Origin: an uncultured Candidatus Saccharibacteria bacterium
Lineage (GTDB): Bacteria > Patescibacteriota > Doudnabacteria > UBA920
Reading direction: 5' to 3'
Assembly: GCA_964512925.1 (NCBI GenBank)
Contig: CAZEKH010000005.1
Location: 4,325-68,324, forward strand
Length of the DNA stretch: 64,000 bases
In this document: positions 46,883 through 55,080 of the stretch, piece after piece
How positions within the stretch are numbered: position 1 is the first letter of the stretch
Layout: each line of letters opens with the position of its first letter
Translations under genes and position numbers: made by a program
Notes under the pieces: model-generated
The model's database searches: none
Told to the model about the DNA's origin: nothing
Seen by the model: the letters and a program-made list of their open reading frames with translations, nothing else

Positions 46883-47413
46883 ATGAACATTGATTTTTCA
46901 GATCAACAATATTTAGCCTGGCAGGGGAGACTGAAATCGGATAAAATTTTCCGATTGTTTTGGACTTTTTGCGCGGTGTACTTGGTAGGAGTGTTTTATC
47001 TGTCGGCGATATTTTTACTTTTTCAAGAACATAGGCGGATGCTGGTTCTGTCTGTTATTTCTTTTGTTCTGGCTAGGCTGATTTTTTCTGAGATCGTATA
47101 TCTGTTTTACAAAAGACAAAGGCCTTTTCAGCGTCTTGGGTTTTTGCCTCCCTTTTCGCCTTTGTTTTTGAGCGTGAATTTAAAACGTCCCGACAGTATG
47201 CCTTCTGGCCACGCTGCCAGTTTGGTTGCTGTGAGTTTGGTTTGCTGGTATTTTTTCCCTATTGTCGGAAGTTTGGGGTTCATTGCCTCAGTTTTAAATT
47301 CTATGGGTAGAGTGGTGTGGGGATATCATTATAACTCTGACATTTTAGCTGGTTGGGTTTTGGGCTTTTTAACCAGCGGTTTTGTGCTTTACCTAATGGA
47401 AAGAATTTGGTAA
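46883..47413 (+). CDS. PAP2-family phosphatase (type 2 phosphatidic acid/undecaprenyl-PP phosphatase fold)
   Basis: 176 aa; 'PSGHAA' and 'YHYNSD' PAP2 motifs. Confidence 0.7.
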   Translation: MNIDFSDQQYLAWQGRLKSDKIFRLFWTFCAVYLVGVFYLSAIFLLFQEHRRMLVLSVISFVLARLIFSEIVYLFYKRQRPFQRLGFLPPFSPLFLSVNLKRPDSMPSGHAASLVAVSLVCWYFFPIVGSLGFIASVLNSMGRVVWGYHYNSDILAGWVLGFLTSGFVLYLMERIW

Positions 47414-47429
47414 AATAAGGTTTAGTTTG

Positions 47430-47513
47430 GGCCGAGTGGTGGAATGGCAGACACAAACGACTCAAAATCGTTCGCTTAACGGCATGAGGGTTCGACTCCC
47501 TCCTCGGCCACCA
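47430..47513 (+). tRNA. tRNA-Leu (anticodon CAA), long variable arm, CCA encoded
   Basis: GGCCGAG acceptor, anticodon arm AACGA-CTCAAAA-TCGTT, variable arm CGCTTAACGGCATG, T arm GAGGG-TTCGACT-CCCTC. Confidence 0.85.
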
Positions 47514-47533
47514 AAATTATTTAAAATAAACAG

Positions 47534-48538
47534 ATGGACAGTGTTATTCCTGTTACACAAATACCACAAAATTCTACTAACGAATCTTCGAATTCGCTTG
47601 TTCCTTCAGGATACCCTGGAACTGCTACAACGCAGGATTTTTTAGCAAATGACAACCCGTTTCAGCCCCAAGTTCCTAATGCGCTTAAAGCGGAAGAAAA
47701 AAATCTTTCTGAAGACAGAGTTTCTTACGCTGACGCAAAAATCCAGGAAATTGAAGTTTCTAAAATAGTTGCCAACCCTTTCCAGCCAAGAAAAACTTTT
47801 AACCCGGAGGCTTTAAAGGAGTTGGCTGATTCTATCCGCGAACACGGGGTGATTCAGCCTTTGGTGGTTACCGAAACACCAAATGGTTATGAAATTGTGG
47901 TAGGGGAAAGGCGTTTTCGGGCAAGCCAGCTGGCTGGTCTTTTGAAAGTTCCAGCTATCGTAAAAAGCCAGATGGTGGACCAGACTAAGCTGGAAGTAGC
48001 GCTCATAGAAAACATCCAAAGGCAGGAGTTAAATCCTATAGAAGAAGCGATGGCCTATGACAGGCTAATGAAGACTTTTGACTTGACCCAAGACCAGGTG
48101 GCAAAGAAAGTTGGAAAGTCGAGGCCCGCAGTTGCCAACACTGTCAGGCTCTTAAACCTGCCTGCGGAAATCCAAAGAGCTTTGATAGAAGGCAAAATCA
48201 CCGAAGGGCACGCCAGGGCGCTTTTGGGGCTCATAGACAAAGACAAGATGCTTTTAATGTTTCAGAAGATCCAGGAAGAAGGTTTAAATGTGCGCCAGGT
48301 GGAGCTGAAAGTCCGCGAGCTTTCCATCCGCAGGCGGATGGACGCGGCAATGCCCGACCCAAAGCTGATGGCGCTTGAAACCGAGCTTCGCGGCCGTTTG
48401 GGCACCCAGGTGAAGATCCAAAAACAAGGCACCGGCGGCAGGATCACTATAGAATATTTTTCCGAAGACGAGCTAAATGAGATCATCCATAAAATGGCAG
48501 AAAATAAAAATCAGGATAGCCAATATTTAACGGTTTAA
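47534..48538 (+). CDS. parB: ParB/Spo0J chromosome partitioning protein with ~60-aa low-complexity N-terminal extension
   Basis: 'IVANPFQPRKTF', 'GVIQPLVVTE..YEIVVGERRFRA' ParB box, HTH 'QVAKKVGKSRPAVANTVRLL'. Confidence 0.85.
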   Translation: MDSVIPVTQIPQNSTNESSNSLVPSGYPGTATTQDFLANDNPFQPQVPNALKAEEKNLSEDRVSYADAKIQEIEVSKIVANPFQPRKTFNPEALKELADSIREHGVIQPLVVTETPNGYEIVVGERRFRASQLAGLLKVPAIVKSQMVDQTKLEVALIENIQRQELNPIEEAMAYDRLMKTFDLTQDQVAKKVGKSRPAVANTVRLLNLPAEIQRALIEGKITEGHARALLGLIDKDKMLLMFQKIQEEGLNVRQVELKVRELSIRRRMDAAMPDPKLMALETELRGRLGTQVKIQKQGTGGRITIEYFSEDELNEIIHKMAENKNQDSQYLTV

Positions 48539-48620
48539 AACATATATCCTTGGCCTTTGATTTTTAAGCTTTTTCAGATTTTACCTATTTTTTTAAGTGC
48601 TTTTTATCTCAGTCTCTGTT

Positions 48621-48644
48621 GTCATTCCCGCGAAAGCGGGAATC
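48621..48644. repeat. TCCCG/CGGGA hairpin element (GTCATTCCCGCGAAAGCGGGAATC)
   Basis: 8-bp perfect stem. Confidence 0.5.
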
Positions 48645-48704
48645 TAAGTTTGAGAGAATTTTCGGTACTAACAGATATAAACTGTTTTTCTGTGGAAAAC
48701 TGCA

Positions 48705-48733
48705 TTTGACAAGTTTTTGCTAGGGGTATAATA
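48705..48733 (+). promoter_or_regulatory. near-consensus sigma70 promoter (TTGACA-N15/17-TATAAT)
   Basis: gcatTTGACAagtttttgctaggggTATAATat. Confidence 0.55.
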
Positions 48734-48739
48734 TATATA

Positions 48740-48893
48740 AAATCTATGCAAAGAAATTTTTCCCACAACCTCATTATTTCTCTCCCGGTCGTCAAGACCT
48801 GGGTGTTTAAAATGCGGGGTAGTGTGGGAAAGAAAAGATAACAGTAGTATAAGTAAAGTTTCCACACCATACCCCGCAAAGAGCGGGTTTTTT
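48740..48893 (+). ncRNA. candidate ~150-nt small RNA between the consensus promoter and an intrinsic terminator (identity unknown)
   Basis: no credible ORF or SD; TTTCCCACAACC pairs GGTAGTGTGGGAAA with alternative partner TTTCCACACC; terminator CCCCGC-AAAGA-GCGGG + T7 at 48871..48893. Confidence 0.35.
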
Positions 48894-49010
48894 TCTGGGT
48901 AAGAGAAACTTAGAGAAATAGAATGTTAGAGAATTAGAGAGATAGAGTGTTAGAGAGGAAGAAAGTTAGCAAAGTAGATAAAATGAACTTTAAAAATTTT
49001 TTGTAGTTTT

Positions 49011-49128
49011 ACCCCCTCTCCCGTGTGGGAGAGGGTTGGGGTGAGGTTTCAGCGATGGTAATAAAACCAAGGTTTGTTATTATCAAACATTATTACCTCA
49101 CCCTAGCCCTCTCCGTGATCGGAGAGGG
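49011..49128. repeat. symmetric composite of two palindromic elements in opposite orientation around an AT-rich inner hairpin
   Basis: CCCTCTCCCGTGTGGGAGAGGG+TTGGGGTGAGGT ... ACCTCACCCTAGC+CCTCTCCGTGATCGGAGAGG. Confidence 0.65.
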
Positions 49129-49475
49129 AATCTGAAAAAGGCTTGAAATATTTATTATTTGTTCTTTAAAACTTAACACCAACCGCCCACAAAAGTTTTT
49201 CCAACAATTGATTTACTGATTATCAGATATTCTGATCAACTTGGAACTTCTTTTGTGTGCAGTCCGTTTGTTTTTATTTCTTTTCCTCCCGCTGGTCGGG
49301 ACGGACACAAGATGGAATCTCATTCCAAAGCACATAAAAACAAAAAAGGCACACGAAAGTTTGGGCAGATCTTGGCTTACCAGCCACTAAAAAATCCCGT
49401 TTTCAAAATTCGGGATTCTGCCCATAGCTATCCGGGCCGCGCAATTTGCTGGCCCATTCGTTCGAGGAGGAAAAA

Positions 49476-49679
49476 GTGGATAGACCAAAGGCATCCACGG
49501 GTGTTGGTCAAAAATTTTGTCAAAGTTGTCGTAGAACTTCAACTTTCATCACCGTGCAAGGTGACGGACATGAGATTGAAGTTTGTGAAAACTGTTTGAC
49601 AAACGGCGAACCAATATCTAGATTCAACGATCCGGATTATGCTTCGGATGTATCGGCCATGAGACTAATCATGGTCTAA
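49476..49679 (+). CDS. hypothetical small zinc-ribbon protein (GTG start after GGAGG SD)
   Basis: 67 aa; CQSC..(17)..CENC; locally GC-rich patch. Confidence 0.3.
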   Translation: MDRPKASTGVGQKFCQSCRRTSTFITVQGDGHEIEVCENCLTNGEPISRFNDPDYASDVSAMRLIMV

Positions 49680-49808
49680 CCAGCAACAGACTTAAAGAGC
49701 AAGTACTTGGGTAGTACCCTGCAATTATACCGCTCTTCAGGTCTTAACCCCGGGGTTCACCAGCTGACCACCATCGGCTAGTGGATCCCGGGCCACTCAA
49801 TTTTTTCT

Positions 49809-49846
49809 TCCTCTCCGTTATCGGAGAGGGTAGGGTGAGGTAACGG
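49809..49846. repeat. palindromic element (CCTCTCCGTTATCGGAGAGG + GTAGGGTGAGGTAACGG)
   Basis: same family, reverse orientation. Confidence 0.65.
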
Positions 49847-50013
49847 ACTCAAAATTCAAATCAGATTTATAAATCATTTAAACTTAAAATCCCCATTTTG
49901 GTTGGGAATGACGGAAAAAACATAAAAATTTCATACCCCCAAAAACCTATTAAATTTTTTGATAAGTTCTTGGGCGCATGAAAGCGCTCGATATTGGTTT
50001 TGTTGGAGGAACA

Positions 50014-50169
50014 ATGAGTGACACTAAACCGCAGGAGCCTGCAATTCGCGCCACAAATAAGGGTCTTAAAAAACCCCGACCACATTACGAGGTCGTAGTA
50101 CACCCGGAAACCCGGAGTGTGGATGTGATCCTAAAACCGTGCGAAGAATGCAAAACCTGCAAGACCTGA
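50014..50169 (+). CDS. hypothetical small Cys-rich protein (C-terminal CEECKTCKT)
   Basis: 51 aa from internal ATG with GGAGGAACAATG SD; followed by strong terminator. Confidence 0.35.
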   Translation: MSDTKPQEPAIRATNKGLKKPRPHYEVVVHPETRSVDVILKPCEECKTCKT

Positions 50170-50179
50170 CAGGTTTTTA

Positions 50180-50252
50180 GGCAGAGCCGCTACTAATTTA
50201 GTCTTTCTTAGACTTTTTTAGCAGAGGCTCTGCCACTATTTTTTTTATTTTT
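50180..50252 (+). terminator. long nested hairpin GGCAGAGCC..AGTCTTTCTTAGACT..GGCTCTGCC followed by T-rich run
   Basis: 9-bp outer stem + inner palindrome + TTTTTTTTATTTTT. Confidence 0.55.
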
Positions 50253-50262
50253 AAATTCGGGT

Positions 50263-50294
50263 GTCAAACTAGTCACATATGTGACTAGTTTGAC
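50263..50294. promoter_or_regulatory. perfect 32-bp palindrome GTCAAACTAGTCACATATGTGACTAGTTTGAC
   Basis: fully self-complementary; architecture shared with 46814..46849. Confidence 0.4.
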
Positions 50295-50308
50295 AGAGGT
50301 TGGGTTTT

Positions 50309-50330
50309 TGGTTGGGATGCTTTGGAATCC
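50309..50330 (-). pseudogene. degenerate copy of the tRNA-Pro 3' terminus
   Basis: TTTTTGGTTGGGATGCTTTGGAATCC vs tRNA TTTCTATGGTCGGGATGCTGGGAATCG. Confidence 0.4.
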
Positions 50331-50452
50331 TTTTCGCTGCGACTCGTAGCCGGGGCGTTATACTCAAGCATTCCAAATAGTCGTGCTTTTCTCATGCACT
50401 TCGATTCCAATAATTTTTATACCAAATAAAAAATACCGAAATTATTTCGGTA

Positions 50453-50473
50453 TTTTTTATTTGGTCGGGATGC
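50453..50473 (-). pseudogene. copy of the tRNA-Pro 3' terminus (acceptor 3' strand + CCA + flanking T-run), 20/21 identical
   Basis: TTTTTTATTTGGTCGGGATGC vs TTTTTTCTATGGTCGGGATGC at 50560..50580; then a non-tRNA hairpin CCCCGAC..GTCGGGG. Confidence 0.5.
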
Positions 50474-50568
50474 CCCGACGACCACTTCGTGATGTCGGGG
50501 TAAACTGGGTATTTCCAACAACCTATAACCATAGAAAAAAGCGCGACACAAGAACACACTTTTTTCTA

Positions 50569-50642
50569 TGGTCGGGATGCTGGGAATCGAACCCAGACTA
50601 CATCCACCCCATGGACGCGTACTACCACTATACTACATCCCG
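50569..50642 (-). tRNA. tRNA-Pro (anticodon GGG), CCA encoded
   Basis: reverse complement: CGGGATG acceptor, D arm GTAT-AGTGGTA-GTAC, anticodon arm CGTCC-ATGGGGT-GGATG, T arm CTGGG-TTCGATT-CCCAG, CATCCCG-A-CCA. Confidence 0.8.
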
Positions 50643-50720
50643 ATTTAAACCTTAGATTAACGATGACTTATAAACTATTTTGTTCAGGTGCTTGTCCGCC
50701 GAAGCCTCGGCGAAGGAGGA

Positions 50721-50744
50721 TACTACCACTATACTACATCCCGA
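50721..50744 (-). pseudogene. 24-nt exact copy of the tRNA-Pro 5' portion (acceptor + D arm), no T arm
   Basis: TACTACCACTATACTACATCCCGA identical to 50620..50643; then hairpin CGCCGAAGCCTCGGCG. Confidence 0.5.
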
Positions 50745-50793
50745 ATTGCAAAACAGATAATATTCTAACAAAACTTAAAGTTATGGGCAAATG

Positions 50794-50802
50794 TGGTATA
50801 AT
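50794..50802 (+). promoter_or_regulatory. extended -10 (TGGTATAAT) 6 nt before the maf ATG (leaderless-type)
   Basis: aaatgTGGTATAATttttct-ATG. Confidence 0.35.
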
Positions 50803-50808
50803 TTTTCT

Positions 50809-51384
50809 ATGCCAAAACAACTGGTTTTAGCTTCAGCCTCGCAGACCCGCAAAGAAATGCTTGATATTTTGGGTCTAAAATATAAAGTCATCCCCAGCAA
50901 GTTTGAGGAGGATTTGTCTTTAAAAATGCCGGCAGAACAGCTGGCAGTATTTTTAGCTAAAGGCAAGGCTATGGAAGTAGCTTATAGGGTGAAAAATGCG
51001 GTAGTAGTTGGAGCGGATACTTTGGCATCGTTTCGGGGAAAAGTTTTAGGCAAGCCCCACACGCCTAAAAAAGCCTTTGAAATGCTAAAAATGCTTTCAG
51101 GGCAAACTCATTTTGCCATAACAGGGCTTTGCCTAGTTGATACAGAAAATAAAAAAACATTTGCCAAAGCTTATACAGTAAAAGTTACTTTTAGGGAGTT
51201 AAGCGACAGCGAGATAAAAAGTTATATAAAAACCAAACAGCCTCTGGACAAAGCCGGAGCTTATGAGATCCGCGGTCGGGGCGCTGCATTTGTCCAAAGG
51301 TTGGAAGGGGAATACACCACAGCTGCGGGCATGCCTTTGTCCGCTTTTTGCGAAGAAGTAAAAAAGTTTGGGGTAAAACCATAG
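50809..51384 (+). CDS. maf: Maf-like nucleoside-triphosphate pyrophosphatase (start at second Met of ORF 50791..51384)
   Basis: 'LVLASASQTRKEML', 'VVGADTL', Maf fold motifs. Confidence 0.8.
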   Translation: MPKQLVLASASQTRKEMLDILGLKYKVIPSKFEEDLSLKMPAEQLAVFLAKGKAMEVAYRVKNAVVVGADTLASFRGKVLGKPHTPKKAFEMLKMLSGQTHFAITGLCLVDTENKKTFAKAYTVKVTFRELSDSEIKSYIKTKQPLDKAGAYEIRGRGAAFVQRLEGEYTTAAGMPLSAFCEEVKKFGVKP

Positions 51385-51430
51385 CTCTTTACGGAGTACG
51401 GATTGGCACGAATAGCGGATTATTATTAGG
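51385..51430. repeat. post-stop repeat TCTTTACGGAGTACGGATTGGCACGAATAGCGGATTATTATT
   Basis: second copy at 52823..52870 directly after another TAG stop. Confidence 0.55.
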
Positions 51431-51470
51431 ACTTTCGCTTATAATTGGATCCTATAAGTAATAAAAAATT

Positions 51471-52286
51471 ATGAGAAGATTGGCAACACAGACATTTGAA
51501 GCTTTATATCCAGGCCTGAAGGATAGTTTGGCAAGGGAATCCCTTAGGTCAATGTTAGAGTTAAGCAAGAAAAGCGGCGATAGGGCTCTTGATGTATATC
51601 CAAAAATATTTTGGGATAAATGGAATATAAGGCCTGAAATAAACATTGGAGATGAGGATAAAAAAAGATTATTGAAGGAAAAAGGTGTTATAATTTCCAA
51701 TCATCCGGGAATTTTGGATGTGCCTTTAATTCTTGAAGCTTTAAAGGATGAGAGTGGGAAAGTCAGAAGAAATGTGAAAATATTTATTAACTCAGAAAAC
51801 TACCCTATTTTTTCTGAGTATTTAGGTAAAGAATATTTTTTGGAAGCAAAAAGAGATTATCCTGACGCCAAAGCTCAATTGGATATAGCCATAGATTTTG
51901 TGCGGGACGGTGGAATATTCTTGATTTTTCCCAGCGGAGGTAATGAGCAGTTAAACAATGATCCTTTAGAGTTTAGATCGGGTTTTTCCTATTTGGTGGA
52001 TAAGTTAGATTCTGACACTATGATATTTGGTTTTAAGATAAACACTGACGACTTCAGGCGATTATCCTTCAAAGGAGGCGGTATGTTGCCTAGAAGCGTT
52101 GTTGCAGGGATGCATATGGTAAAAGGAACTCCAAACATAAATATGTTTAGAGGCAAAAAGCGAATCAGGATGGAAGGAAAATATTCTAAGGCTTTTGAGT
52201 GGAAAGAGGTTGTAAGGGGCAAAAATTTGATGGTAGATAAAAACCAGTCACACACTCAGCATTATCAGGAAAAATTTAAAATATGA
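51471..52286 (+). CDS. putative lysophospholipid acyltransferase-family protein
   Basis: 271 aa; 'NHPGILD' (HX4D) and 'FPSGG' motifs. Confidence 0.45.
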   Translation: MRRLATQTFEALYPGLKDSLARESLRSMLELSKKSGDRALDVYPKIFWDKWNIRPEINIGDEDKKRLLKEKGVIISNHPGILDVPLILEALKDESGKVRRNVKIFINSENYPIFSEYLGKEYFLEAKRDYPDAKAQLDIAIDFVRDGGIFLIFPSGGNEQLNNDPLEFRSGFSYLVDKLDSDTMIFGFKINTDDFRRLSFKGGGMLPRSVVAGMHMVKGTPNINMFRGKKRIRMEGKYSKAFEWKEVVRGKNLMVDKNQSHTQHYQEKFKI

Positions 52287-52822
52287 TAATAAAAGGAAAA
52301 AAGGTAAATCTGAGAACTGTGAGACTGTCAGATGCGGAGAATTTCGTAAAGTGGTTTAACGATCCCGAAGTGAACAAGTTTGTGTTTGTGCGGCAAATGA
52401 ATTTAAAAGAAGAAAAGAAGTTCATCAGAGAAAGGCTAAAAGGCAAAACCAAACAAAACCAGGTATTTTTTTGCATTGATACCAAAGACGGCGTACATAT
52501 CGGCAGTACTTCGCTGGAAATAAAAAGCCAAAGGTTAAAAGTGGCGGGTTTTGGGATAATCGTCGGCGATAAGAATTATTGGAACCAAGGCTATGGCACT
52601 GAAGCGGCCAGGCTGATTTTGGATTATGGGTTTACAAATTTGAAACTGCATCGGGTGGACTTGGATGTTTATGATTACAATAAGAGAGCCTTAAAAGTTT
52701 ACAAAAAATTGGGTTTTAAGGTTGAAGGCAGAAAAAGAGAAACGAATTTGTATAATGGCAAGTATTATGATGCTATATATATGGGAATGCTGAGTAGGGA
52801 ATGGAATGGGATTAAAACATAG
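52283..52822 (+). CDS. GNAT-family N-acetyltransferase (RimJ/RimL-like)
   Basis: 179 aa; 'VNLRTVRLSDAE' N-terminus, 'QGYGTEAARLILDYGF' motif A. Confidence 0.75.
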   Translation: MIIKGKKVNLRTVRLSDAENFVKWFNDPEVNKFVFVRQMNLKEEKKFIRERLKGKTKQNQVFFCIDTKDGVHIGSTSLEIKSQRLKVAGFGIIVGDKNYWNQGYGTEAARLILDYGFTNLKLHRVDLDVYDYNKRALKVYKKLGFKVEGRKRETNLYNGKYYDAIYMGMLSREWNGIKT

Positions 52823-52870
52823 GTCTTTACGGAGTACGGATTTGTACGGATATACGGATTATTATTTTAG
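52823..52870. repeat. post-stop repeat, copy 2 (TCTTTACGGAGTACGGATTTGTACGGATATACGGATTATTATT)
   Basis: aligns with 51385..51430 including preceding AAAACATAG. Confidence 0.55.
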
Positions 52871-52962
52871 ATATTAGGCGTAAGTCTTTAGTGATATTGC
52901 TAATTATGAGCGCGTGGCATAGCAGGTGGACATTCGTCGGGTAAAAATATATAATAAGCTCT

Positions 52963-54252
52963 ATGTTAGAGCATTTGTTTACCAACATAAAAGTCGGTTT
53001 TTTTCTTAGCCTTAGGCAGATAAAAAGATCCAGCAAAGGTACGACTTTGCTGATCATTTTTATAATGACTTTGACTTTTTTAAACCTGGTCGTGGTCAAT
53101 GGTATTTTGGTTGGGCTTTTAACCGGTTCTTTTAACCAGTTTCGCGCCAGGTATTCAGGGGACATCTTGGTTACTGCGCAGGATCGTTTGGAATACATAG
53201 AAAAAAGCCAGCAACTTATAACTTTAGCAAAAGCGCAAAAAGGCGTTTTGGCAGTTTCGGAACGAACTGTGGTCAACGGCAAAATCCGCGCGGACTTAAG
53301 TAAAAACCCCTCTGGCAAGGAAAGCCCGAACGAAAACGGCGGCTCCATAGTTGGTATAAATCCTGACGATGAAGACCAGGTAACTGGCCTTTCCCAGCTG
53401 ATGCTTAAAGGCGAGGCGCTTAGGCCGGGCGATGAAGGTTATATACTCATAGGCGCTAGTTTGATCAAAGAATATTCCAGCTTTGCGGATGCCAATTTTC
53501 CGGGTTTTACTATTTTGCGCGGCATAAAAGTGGGGGACAAAGTCAGGTTGACGGTTAATATAAAAACTTTGGAAGGCCTTCAAACAGCCAGTAAAGAGTT
53601 GGTGGTTAAGGGAATTGTTAAAAGCAAGGTAGACCAGGTTTCCCAGAGATCTTTTGTGCTAAATTCCGAACTTAGAAAAATCCTTTCCAATTCAGATTTG
53701 AACGTGCAGGAGATTGCCATAAAAACTTTGCCTGAAAATACCCAAGAAGTTTTAGCTTCGCTGAAAGCCTCTTCAGATCTTTCAAAGGTGAGAGTTCAGC
53801 TTTCAGCTGAGGCTGTACCGTCATTTCTTAGGCAGATTGCCCAGACTTTCGGCATCCTGGGCAATGTGATAGGCGGCATTGCTTTGGTGGTGGCATCCAT
53901 CACAATTTTTATTGTTATTTTTATCAATGCCGTAACCAGAAAAAAATATATCGGCATATTAAAAGGAATCGGTATTGAATCTTCAGCTATACAGATCGCT
54001 TACGTTTTCCAGGCTTTATTTTATGGATTTTTAGGCAGTTTGTTTGGTTTTTTGACTGTGTTTTTATGGCTTAGGCCGTTTTTTGACAAACATCCTTTGG
54101 ACTTTCCTTTTTCGGACGGGATTTTGGAAGCAACTGTCCCAGGCGCCCTTATCCGCGCTGGCATCCTGATGCTGATTACTTTGTTTGCCGGGCTTATACC
54201 CGCCAGGATAATTGTAAAGAAAAATACTTTAGATTCGATATTAGGAAGATAA
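52963..54252 (+). CDS. ABC transporter permease, FtsX-like (MacB/LolE type)
   Basis: 429 aa; N-terminal TM, large periplasmic domain, 3 C-terminal TM. Confidence 0.75.
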   Translation: MLEHLFTNIKVGFFLSLRQIKRSSKGTTLLIIFIMTLTFLNLVVVNGILVGLLTGSFNQFRARYSGDILVTAQDRLEYIEKSQQLITLAKAQKGVLAVSERTVVNGKIRADLSKNPSGKESPNENGGSIVGINPDDEDQVTGLSQLMLKGEALRPGDEGYILIGASLIKEYSSFADANFPGFTILRGIKVGDKVRLTVNIKTLEGLQTASKELVVKGIVKSKVDQVSQRSFVLNSELRKILSNSDLNVQEIAIKTLPENTQEVLASLKASSDLSKVRVQLSAEAVPSFLRQIAQTFGILGNVIGGIALVVASITIFIVIFINAVTRKKYIGILKGIGIESSAIQIAYVFQALFYGFLGSLFGFLTVFLWLRPFFDKHPLDFPFSDGILEATVPGALIRAGILMLITLFAGLIPARIIVKKNTLDSILGR

Positions 54253-54321
54253 AAGTTTGTATATTGTATTTTGTATTAAGTATAATGCAAAATACATAAT
54301 ACTTTATACTCTATACTAGTT

Positions 54322-54996
54322 ATGATCAAAGCAACCAACATTATAAAAACTTATGTGTCAGGAGAAGTGGTCACTCCGGTTTTAAAAGGAGTGTCTTTGG
54401 AAATTTCCGGAGGGGAGTTTGTGGCGATCATCGGACCTTCTGGCGCGGGCAAATCAACTTTGATGTACCAGTTGGGTCTTTTGGACCACCCTACTTCAGG
54501 CGAAATATATATTGATTCAGTTGAAGTAACTTCCAAAGAAAGTTCGGAGCGAACTAAGTTTCGCTTAAATTACCTGGGTTATGTGTTCCAGGACTATGCG
54601 CTGATGCCTGAGCTGACAGCTATTGAAAATGTAGCAGTCCCGATGCTGATGCAGGGTATGGAAAAATACGAGGCATATGAAAAGTCAACAATTTACCTAA
54701 AAAAAGTGGGTTTAGAGGGTAAGGAAAACAGCTTGCCGAACCAGTTGTCCGGCGGACAACAGCAGAGGGTTTCCATTGCCCGCGCCATAGCTCACGAACC
54801 CAAGATTTTGTTTGCGGACGAGCCGACAGCCAATCTTGATACCCAGACTTCCAGGGAAGTTTTAAAAGTATTTTTAGAGCTTCATAAAACAGGACAGACC
54901 ATCGTAATGGTGACGCACGAACAGGAGTTTGCCGAAATGGCCGGACGTATCATTGAACTTAAAGATGGTAATATAGTTTCTGATCGGAAGAAATAG
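54322..54996 (+). CDS. ABC transporter ATP-binding protein (MacB/LolD type)
   Basis: 'GPSGAGKST' Walker A, 'LSGGQQQRVSIARA' signature, 'ILFADEPT' Walker B. Confidence 0.85.
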   Translation: MIKATNIIKTYVSGEVVTPVLKGVSLEISGGEFVAIIGPSGAGKSTLMYQLGLLDHPTSGEIYIDSVEVTSKESSERTKFRLNYLGYVFQDYALMPELTAIENVAVPMLMQGMEKYEAYEKSTIYLKKVGLEGKENSLPNQLSGGQQQRVSIARAIAHEPKILFADEPTANLDTQTSREVLKVFLELHKTGQTIVMVTHEQEFAEMAGRIIELKDGNIVSDRKK

Positions 54997-55080
54997 ACAT
55001 ATTAACAAGGAATCTGCAGGTGTGTTATACTATTGAGTGCGAGAAAAGGTCGATAAGTTATATTAACTTTTTGAAAAAAA

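Noticed and set aside
47427-47645. 72-aa ORF
   Set aside because: Overlaps tRNA-Leu on the same strand.
48740-48893. Assignment of the sRNA candidate to SRP RNA, 6S RNA, tmRNA or RNase P
   Set aside because: No GNRA-capped domain IV motif, no tag reading frame/tRNA-like ends, no P4 consensus, and too short for RNase P/tmRNA.
52827-53348. 173-aa minus-strand ORF
   Set aside because: Antisense to the FtsX-like permease gene and the GNAT 3' flank.
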